DNA of 64,000 nt, from positions 7,799,650-7,863,649 of the forward strand of contig CAJINV010000002.1 of assembly GCA_905178155.1 (NCBI GenBank), read 5' to 3'. The stretch comes from Amoebophrya sp. A120 (Eukaryota > Protista > Dinoflagellata). Shown piece by piece: positions 24,817 through 34,600 of the stretch. The number at the start of each line of letters is the position of its first letter. The first letter of the stretch is position 1. The position numbers and the translations under genes are program-made. The notes under the pieces are model-generated. The model was not told the DNA's origin. It did not search any database and saw nothing but the letters and a program-made list of their open reading frames with translations.

Positions 24817-25713
24817 CTTGCCAAGAATGGTTCTTGTTTACTTCGGAGTGATGTAGATCTAGATCATTTTTATCGATACATATTTTATCATTGCGGCATA
24901 TGGTCAGTACGCTGTGCCTGCTTATGGATTTTTCCAGAATGAGGCTGGTGGTTTAACACTTTCAATTTGATGCAGAAAGGAAGTCTCCACCGCCTGCTTC
25001 AATTTCTCCGGCGAAAAAACAATAGCCGCACAGGATGATAACTAAGTGATCAAATCAAATCAAATTGTTTTCACGCCACTTAGTGCAGCGCCACTTAGTG
25101 CAGCGATGCAATGATCTGAAAAGTAGCAGTGCTTGTCCTTCTTTGACAATGGCGCTCAGACTCCGTGTAACCTCTCACTCGTCAGTTGCAACTCTCCGTC
25201 TCAATGTGCATGTCCGATATCCTCACAAACAAAAGCACGAACGAATAGTATGTCGTGCGTCTCATACTCACGACCACGAAACAAATGCAACGCGTCTCGC
25301 AATCACGAAGCTAAGGACTAAAGTACTTTCCAAAAATGCTGTAACGGGCTGAAAAATTCCCAACAAGTGTTGTGTACGCAGACCGAACATACATAGTCGA
25401 CGAGGAGGATTGCCGTGATTGTAAAATCGCGTAGAGAACAAGCTCGCGAACAAATTCTATACAAATGCACGGCACATGTTTTTTGCCGTCGTTCCGCGCA
25501 CCGTTTGACAGTGGGTCGATGGGTGATGCTGCAAGAAAAAAATGACCACGAGACCCGGTCTTGCGGAAAACCAGCAGTCACCGCATGACTTGGTTTCGTC
25601 GCACTCTCAAAATAGATTCCTTGAGGATCCAGGTAAAACGTGACCAAGGAATCTTCGTTGTGAAATTCTTAATCTTATTCGTTCCTGTATCCTCATCATT
25701 GTACTTCCCCGTG

Positions 25714-28700
25714 CTACGTCGCATAGACACGGTATTCCCCAGCCGCTTCGCAATTCAGTTGTTGTCGGATCCAAACCGGCGGTGGCTCAAGGGGAATCTG
25801 GAAGGGCGGAAAGCTCTCGCCCTGCGTGTAAAGCTCCAATAACTGCTGCCGTTTCACCGGGTCGTCTGCTACATCACCAGCACTCGGAGCTGATGCAGGA
25901 GCTGTAGCGATCGGAGCTTGCTGAGGCCCGGGCGTGGGGCCGGCGGTTCCAAACAGCGACGCGGAGGTGGAGGCGGAACTGAGATTTGCGCCGCCGGCGC
26001 TTGTCGTGTCTACGTTGCTGCCCGTACCAAAAAGTTCTTGTCACACGGAAAAGAAGTGCAGCTTTACCTTTGCCTCGCACAGCAGAATAACGTATGCTCG
26101 TTGTTAGCAACGGTTTTCGTTTTTCACACATCCTTCTTTTTCCCAGGTCTTCCATGCGGTTGACCGTAGGTCGATACAAACTAAGCATGCAGAATAAACT
26201 ACTTAAATAAGCGGGACGACAAACAGAGCGCGCTTTCTGTCGCATCCGGAAGGAACAGGAAGATGAACGATGCAAAGTATTCTCGTGAGAACTATACCAG
26301 CATGCTGAATCTGTTGCAAATAACCCGCGTGGTGGAGATTCCTGCTGAAAGGAGGGCTGCACAACTACAACAGTTTGCTTGTCGTAGACTGGTGCCCCCG
26401 CCTGCTCCTGTCGGCACCGTTGGCGCGAGCCCGGTGAGACCGCCGTCAGTTGTCCCGGGGGGCGCACCGCCCGCAATGTCGTCGTCTTCGTCATCCAGGC
26501 CCAATAAATCGGCAGTCGCTTTTGCCGCGTTGGCCTTTTCCTTTTTGTTTCCAAACGGGTTGCTGGTGGCCGCGGTCGCCACTGCCGCCTGTCCGAAGCT
26601 GCTACCAGCCGCGGTGGGTAGAATATGAAAAGGAAAAATCCCCCTTCCCCATATCAAAAAGAAAATCTGTGATGCTGGATTTGCGTACACAAATCAGATT
26701 TGTATTGCAGGAAAGCACTGCGGCCAGATCCCCAGGCTAGGGAGGGGCGTATGGATCTAGTTGGTCAGCATTGCAAACGGCTGACCTTTAGGCCCAACAG
26801 CATGAAAAATCGCTTCCATAATGGGGCGGAAGCTTCTGCCCTTGTCTTCTTGCAAGACAAATCAAATGTGATTTGTGACCTCAAATCAGCAACACAAATT
26901 TTCGGAAAGATACCTTTTCGATATGGGGAGGGGGGATTTTTCCTCTCAATATAGAACTGCGGCAGTGCGGAAAGCGTTGGTGCCTGTCGGTATCAAAGGA
27001 AAGAAGAAGGTAAGAAATTTGGAAGATGAGTCTTTCCCTGTTTACAGACGAGGTAAGGGGGCGATGTGCACATGATACGGATTTGCCGCTTTGCCTCGAT
27101 TGTTTTTTTACTTCAGCAGAATCAAGTACAAAACGTTCTTGGCTTCTCCTATCTTGCCCGATACTTTGTGATGTCGTCCTCCTCGTGATCGAGGCAGCCA
27201 AAAGCAAGAGCGACGAGACAATAGGGAGAGAAGATAACTTGTACGAAGTAACATGAGTGTCATCTTTTTCCTGCACAGGACGAGCACATGACCTTTATTT
27301 GTGCGGTGTTCTACTTTCACACCGAATCAAAAATTGACTGCAGTTTCTTGAGAGCCACGCGCCACGTTCTGTAGTGCCACAAGGGACTCGTCCAAAGTGA
27401 CTTCCTCCTCCTTTCAGTTCTTGTGCATACAGCCGCCAAAGCCGCCCATCCCGCCGCCGCCGCCACTGATCTGGAAGCCCTGTCCCGCAGAGCCTCCGCT
27501 TCCGGCCGCCACTATCAAAAGTAAAAGTGTCTGGGTCTGGAAACTTGTGATGCTGGGTGGCGTCTCATGATGAGGCTACAGATGCTGCCTAAGCATGACA
27601 GGTTTCTGAGCTCCTAGGTGTTGCCTATTCTGCATGACAAACTGCGCTTCTGCATCACAGAAAAGCGGAGCTCTTGGGTAACGTGCATGACAGATTTAGG
27701 AGTCATGCCAGACAAGCATGACAAACATGAATTCTTCCAGACCCAGACATTTTTACATTTGATAGCCACGCCAAACACCCCACTGGAAGAAGAGGACGAC
27801 CCGCCGAAAAGCGGCTTGCTCGCGGGCTGCCCGAAGCTAGGCACCGGTGCGCTGCTGCTGGTTCCGAAGGTCTGGGCCTGGCCGGTATTGATCACGCCGC
27901 TTGCGGGCGCGGATGGTGCTCCGAACAACCCACCCCCGGACGCACGGCCTGCGGTTCCGAATGGATTGCTCGAGGTACTGCTGCTGCTCGCAGCAGGCTG
28001 CCCAAAACTCGTTCCTCCCGGAGCTTGCTGTGGCTGCAGAAATCCGCCACCCTGTGGTGCTGCGCCAAAAGTCTGCATCTGCTGCTGCCCGAAAGGGTTG
28101 CTGGGTGCTGTGGGCTGCTGCTGCGACAGTTGAAGCCCCCCGCCAGGTGCCTGTTGCAGCTGCTGCTGCTGCTGCATTGCCGCCTGCGGGCCGAATGGGT
28201 TGCCGCTGCCGGCTGCGGTGGAATGGCCAAAGCCGCCTTGCACTGGTTGTGCCGCCCCGAATGGATGCTGGTTGCCTTGCGATGCACTTGGTGCCCCGCC
28301 TCCTCCAAAGGGGTGCTGAAGTTGAGAATTTGCGGTCGCGCCACCAGTGGCGCCGCCGAGCACGAGTCCTGGACCTGGTTGTGCCTGTGCCTGCACCGGC
28401 GCTGTTGCCCCGAACGGGTGTGCAGCGGACGAGGACGAGGTCGATGTTGCGGGCAGCAGTTTCACACCCTGCATTAGCTTCACCACTCATTTATGCAATG
28501 GAAAAAGTGTTGCCGTACTTCTGGTACTGTTTTGCGAAGGATAATGATCCATTGCCTGGTGTTGCTAGGACTATCACAAACACTGCCATTGACGAGATAG
28601 AGTACTTTCACATTTACAGCACGCAATACGCACGGCTGGAGACACTATTGATATTCCTACATGTGGTTCTGCGTTAAGAAAGAACCGCTTCCGGTTACTT

Positions 28701-29748
28701 GATTTTGAATTAGACCCACGTGCTGGCCGTTGTGCTACAACCTTTTCGGCACGACATCAAAAAGGAGAGACAGATTTTTTTCAAACAGTAGTCGCGCGAG
28801 TAGCCAAAGCTGCTACTTCTTTTCCCTTGCATACAAGCTGTCGTCCAGCCGCTTCCCCTGCAGCGTGCAGCCCAGGGACTTGGCGACTAGGTCTGGCCCG
28901 AACACCTGCACGTACCGTTCGATCTGTTGCTGGTGCAATTGCACCCACAGGCCTTGCTTCTGGTCCGCGGTGGGGAGCTGCATCTGCTGAAACCGAAGCT
29001 CCTCGAAACTCAAGTCGTTCTGGACTAGATGCGGCCCGGTCTTCTCCTTCCCAAACCCCGTCGCGGGCCAGTATTCTACAGAAAAGCATACCCACACCAG
29101 AAAAAAAAAAGTATTTGCCATGCCATTTTTTGCATCCAGAAAAATTCCTTCCTTGCTGTCTGTAGTTCAGCTTGGCAAATTTTTTCGGGCGCCTCAGCCT
29201 GACCTTTCCCTTTGGCGCGCTAGCCGGCATTACATTCTCCATGCCAGACAGAAGCGGCCCTCTGTTGCAGATCATAATCTATTTGCAACAGAAAACCAGC
29301 AACACACATCTATTTTGACCACACATCAATTTTTGGTTCTGGTACGGATGTACTTTTCTCTAGGATAGCCAGGACAGTCCGTGCATGCCCTCCTTCAGGA
29401 TCTGGTCTCATGGAAGCACAAAAAAATGTGTGAGCAATCAGCGGCTTCATCTCGTCGAGTGGAGACAGATTCCAATGCCGTATCGACAGCAGAACGTATG
29501 CAATTTGAATCATTAACATGCTTAGCTCGCACGCATACCTTGGTTTCTCGAATAACGACGACAAGTGCGCAAACAAGAGTTAGACAGCGACAGTCTGCCC
29601 ACAGTTTACATTTTTACACTTGTCGCACTCTCAAAGAAGTCGCTCCTGACGCACATAACTTTGTCTTTCGCTTTGATACCTCTTGCTCGGCTTTTAGCCC
29701 CGCGCGGTTCACGAAGGCCCCCGAGGAGCTGCTGCTTGCCGTCGCCAT
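25714..29748 (-). CDS. NUP42: FG-repeat nucleoporin, Nup42/NUPL2 (CG1)-like, about 7 exons
   Basis: YWPATGFG...NDLSFEELR motif, many SNPFG/HPFG/SFG repeats, and C-terminal LELYTQGESFPPFQIPLEPPP resembling the Gle1-binding motif (F...IP..PPP). The last exon (25714-26009) was translated manually. Contains two intact TIR introns. Confidence 0.75.
26624..26951. mobile_element. TIR introner, variant TIR (328 bp), TSD TAGAA
   Basis: About 38-bp imperfect TIR: TATGAAAAGGAAAAATCCCCCTTCCCCATATC and GATATGGGGAGGGGGGATTTTTCCTCTCAATA. TAGAA at 26619-26623 and 26952-26956. Removal gives RTAAVL-PTAAGSSFG. Confidence 0.9.
27513..27764. mobile_element. TIR introner, subfamily A (252 bp), TSD GCCAC
   Basis: Same length as 14396-14647 and about 92% identical (about 20 mismatches counted by eye). 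GCCAC at 27508-27512 and 27765-27769. Removal gives GVFGVA-AGSGGS. Confidence 0.93.
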
Positions 29749-31685
29749 GATGTGTTTGCTGCCCTGTTCTTACTCGCTACTCCTAGTACTCATTTACCCC
29801 CAGTAAAAGACTTACACAGAGATTCACTTTGCCTTTGCGATTCTTAGCCAACAAAATCTACTCACAAGAGGAAAACAAAGTAAAGGAGAAACGAAAATCT
29901 TGCACAGCTACCTCTAGTACGTAGTAACTTCTCTGTCGCATGAGCTTTAGATCGATAAGTGGTGTTGTGGCAAGACTGACCGTCCTGAGAGTTTATATGT
30001 TGAAAACTTTAGTCAAATTGTAAGAAAGTATTATACTCTTTTATTGCTTTGCAAAGTCCCAGAGCAAAACGAACTGCGCTACTCATTTTCAGCTTCCTGA
30101 CGTGACCAACGATCTTTGCACTTACTACCAGCAAAAAGGAAAAAAACTCAGCGGATCACCGTCGTTCATTCATTCTCATCGCCGAGACTGTAAGCATATT
30201 GCCACGTAAAATCAAAATGAGAAGTATGTGGAGATAGGTTTACTGGGCAGGAGAAAGTGAGATAGCTTTCTAACATAGCACTCATCCTCCGCCGAATTGG
30301 TGTTTTATTCCTTGCTGCTTGGATCAATCTTGTTCCGGTCTGTGATCTACTTTTGGTCCGCCTTTCCCTTTTTGGAACAACACGAAGAGAGTCACCTCGT
30401 CACGCTCACGTCCCTTTCGAAAGGGCGCCTTACTTAAATAACAGTATTTATCAGATTAGGTCGTGCATTTTGAAAAAAACGATACTAGGTATCCTATTAA
30501 TTTTTTTTTTCTGTTTCGCGAAACAACGAAAAAAGCTTGTGGAGAGTGAAAGTTTTAGTAGTGTAGTACTTTGGCAAGGGGTAAGACTGCCTGGCAGCAC
30601 CAGAGTCGGGCACAAGTAGTCGCACTTGGCACAAGGATTAGGTGCTACGCTACTCGCCACGCACGCCCATACCATACCATGGAGATCGCGAAACTTGCCT
30701 CACCAGGCACGGCGCAGCCATCGACGCCAAGGCACCGACACCAGCACCTCACCATTAGATGACAATACAACATCGATAAATGACCAAAGTCACGTAAGTT
30801 AGTACGATCGTAGCATGATTGATTCCTTCTTCATCTCGTTGATTTTGATACCTTAGACACTCGCTTTTCCAAAAAGAATGACATATAAAAGTTGCAAAAT
30901 ATAAAGTACATAAACCGCCTTGAGCGAGGCAGCGCTCCGCCGGTTCCTTTATTTTTTCTATTTTGCAGCTTACAGCACTATCGCTGCTTTTCTGCCTGAA
31001 CTTTTCAAAATTTCTATGCACATAAATGTTTGTTCTATAAGCGTGTCTCTCGCGTGTTGTGACTTTTTCAGAGTCTCTTGAAGGCGTTTTGCAGTGGGTG
31101 CCTGCACTTTTCTTTCAAATTCAATAAAAAACGTAGTGTGGGAGCCTCTTGAATTACAACAGCAATAACTCTCCCTCACACTGTTGAATAAAAAACGTGA
31201 AGAAGGCTGGCCTTTTGTTTTTCTTGGAAATGAAAACTGTTGAGTAACCGAAAGCTTCGCGGGAATGTCATCAAAACTTCGGCTTCAAAGTACGAGCACT
31301 ATCATATTTTTTTACAAAAAGCTGGAGCTTCAACTGCCATCTGGCGTAGTCAAAAAATGGATTCGCCCCTAGGAGTGGCCGTCACGGCTATAATAGTGCC
31401 CGTCGAGGTGACCCAGTGCCCGTCATGTTCGTCATGCCGAGCAGGCGGTCCAATAAAAAAGTTTATACACAACAGCCACATAGAGAATAAATGGAATTTT
31501 GTCTCAGTAACTCATCACCGTAGCTACCTCCACCTCGGGCCCAGCGGACAAGCTTAATTTCACGGGACGATCGGGAACTACATGTCCTTGCGAAAAATAA
31601 ATGACAAGTTGTAAAAATTTATCGCTTTTTCTTACGTTCTACGTACCAATTTTTTTTGATGTATCGCTATCACTTGGGGTCGCTT

Positions 31686-34600
31686 TTAGTAACCATAACC
31701 TCCTCCGTAGTCATACCCGTATTGGTCATTCGTGCCGACAACGCCACCGTAGGGGTCTTGGTAGGTCTATCAAACGCAACTAGATCTGGGTCTGGCTAAG
31801 TCCAGAAATTTGACTTGCAGATCTTACTAGATGCCTTACGAGGTGGTCTGGAATGCAGGGCACTACATCACGGGTTTGGGTTTCGTAAGAGCTTTATTGC
31901 AATGCATCAAAATACTATTCCAATTCAAAAAAACAGTCGCAGCATGGCCAGAGCAGGCACATTGGGCTACTCGCGCAAACCAAGTTTTTGTGTGATCTAT
32001 ATGACGCATAAGAAGAAGGTTTAACTTCTGTCCAGACCCAGACACATTTGCGATGCATACCGTTGGGTCACCGCCCATGCTCTGCCCGCTCCACCACGCT
32101 TGCTATGAGATTGCACCTCTCCCTCTCCTCCTCGGTAGCACATTTGATGGCTGGAAGTCTGGCTTCTCAATGACAAATCCACACAAGGTCTGTACTGCGA
32201 GCCTCGGGACCTTGTCATGTTGGGAAACTAAGGGCAGGGCGTCCCTTTTGTAAATCAAAACTACAAACTTTAAACCATCGTCATCGTGAGGTACCGCGCA
32301 AGCACGAATACCGGCGGAGTGGTGACGACCGAAAGGGTCAGGAGACCACCTACCTTGTCATGCAAAATTTTTGAGTAGTAGCAAACGCCTAAGGAAACGT
32401 GTCCGTGTGACATTGGTGTTTCGCATGAGACAAAGGGATTCGCGGGGTTTGTGCACTCTCACACTTGCTGCGCGGGATCGTGGAAGGCCGCACTGGAAAA
32501 GTGGGCGTGGTGTCCCCCATGCACGACGTGGTAAACAAAAAACACGGCGCCAATGAAGACACTCCCGATTATGCCCCACATCGCCAGTTTCGCGGCCCCG
32601 ATGTTGGCGGTGCTGAAGAGATCAGCTAGCAAGCCAAGCTCGTCACACGCCCCTGTTACCGTATTCAACTCGTAGCCCGCTGCGCAGGTCTCGCATTTGT
32701 CGTACAGCCCGGATACTTGGTCGCAGCGGCCAGACACTTTCTCGCAGTTGGGCACCTTCGCACCCTTCACGCCAGTGCACGGCACGCAGTCGCCCTCCCC
32801 TCGACTGTCGGGCCCCAGCATGTAGGTCGGATTGCACATTTCGCAGTGCCGCTTCCCCTGCGTGGCTTGGCAGTTGGTCCCCTCAACGTACAGCTCGCAC
32901 TGGCCCAGCTCCTGGCACGGCTCGCAAATAACTCGCTTGGAGTCGCTTCCCGGAACCTCGATCTCATAGTAGCCACTCGTCGCGCACTTGATGCAAGTGC
33001 GGTAAAAGTCCTCTGTGGAGTTATCCACTTGCACGCACGTCTCTGCGGTTTTCGTAGTGTTGTGATCTTCGCAACCGGGCATGTTCGGTATGCATTGCAA
33101 GTATGTCTGGGTCTGGAAGAATGCAACTCGTGATGCCGCCTTTGGGTTCTAAAAAAATCTGTATTTTTGCATGATCAGGAAGAGTTCAGTTTTTGGTACT
33201 TACGTGGAGACGGAGAGGGCATTTCTCAAGCTGGATAGGCATCAAGAGGCCCTTAGAAAATATGTGATGCTGTACCACACAGCACAGGCATCAAAGATCA
33301 TGCAAAGTGTGCACGACATCAAACTTTGCACTTTTCCAGAGGTGGACCTAGACATACTTATTTGCATTTGATATTCGGGCAAGTAACGCAATAGTTCGTA
33401 GCGTTCGTGGTCTTTCCGGGGACGCATGCATCACACACTCGAGACCCAGGCAGTGGCACCATGGCACAGGACTTCGTTTCGCTGTATACGTTGCGTTCTG
33501 TCATCGGGAAAAGCCTGAAAACCATTGTGCGGAGCCAGCCGCCTCGGCGACTTCGAAAAAAGAGACTCATTGTAGCAGTTCCAGCATCAACCAAGTGAAG
33601 CACTGTTGTGCTGGCACCTCCACCCACAGTATCTACATAACACAAAAACACACAAGAACAAGCAACACGCGCTATGCATGCAAACCAATTCTAACTTCGT
33701 GAAATAAATGCGAAATCGGCGGCCTGGCTGTTTCATGCGATTGATCTTTACTCCCTTTCCAGCGCATAAAATCTCCTGAGTTATCTCCACACTTTACAAT
33801 TTCGTTGGTCTGGGCATTCATATCCACCACAAAATCAACATCGTACACGAACGAATTCGAATTGCAATGCTGCATGACCGATCTGAAAGTACTACAGACC
33901 CAAGTTTTTTCACTGCCTCCTTCTAGTCGACGTCGGCCATCTGTGTGTCGTCCCAGCAGATGCATAGCTTTTCTCCCTCCTCTACCAGGAATCATCTACC
34001 ACGGAAGGCTGGCAGAAGCAACACTTCGCGAATGCAATTTGATTTTGTCGTGCGTGATCGTGGTGCTGTTGCGACGCATAGCTGTCATACACAGACATAT
34101 TCCACCTGAAGGACACGGCTGCGTAGTATTTGGTCCCAGGAATGTATACCTTGGACAGCGTTTTCTTCCTCGGTGCGGGACTCTCGTAATACCCTTGTTC
34201 TACCAAGATGCGCGCCTTGGGTTTCCAAGGCGCGTCCTCTTCAAATTCGCAGGTCGCCCCTTCTTTCTTTCTCTCCGCGCACCATTCCAAATTGTTTGCT
34301 GCGTCTGTTTGGCTTTGCCTGTCATCTACTTCCAGTGGCCTGTGCGGTAGAACGCACTGCTGCGCGGGATCGTGGTTGGTGGGATCGCCAACGTTATAAT
34401 GGTCCGAATGTACGTTTACGTTACCACACTTCTTGCATTCCACCCCCGGCGCCTCATCCAGTTTCGTGGGGAATTCGTAAACTGCCATGGCGTTGATACT
34501 TCCCGCAGACGCCCACCTGGGCTCCCCTTCTGTCGTAATCTTCTCTTCGCCTAGGCTGTACCGCAAATGCCATTCTCAAAGTTTGGTGTAAGGTTGCGCC

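Noticed and set aside
25074-25105. 15-bp tandem duplication CGCCACTTAGTGCAG x2 (a similar 2-copy repeat occurs at about 38114-38157)
   Set aside because: Simple slippage duplications with no further structure.
33982-34578. Stop-codon reassignment, as reported for one Amoebophrya lineage
   Set aside because: Conserved GLDC and GH3 exons contain no in-frame stops, and predicted genes end in TGA, TAG and TAA. Two stops in one poorly resolved gene are not enough evidence.
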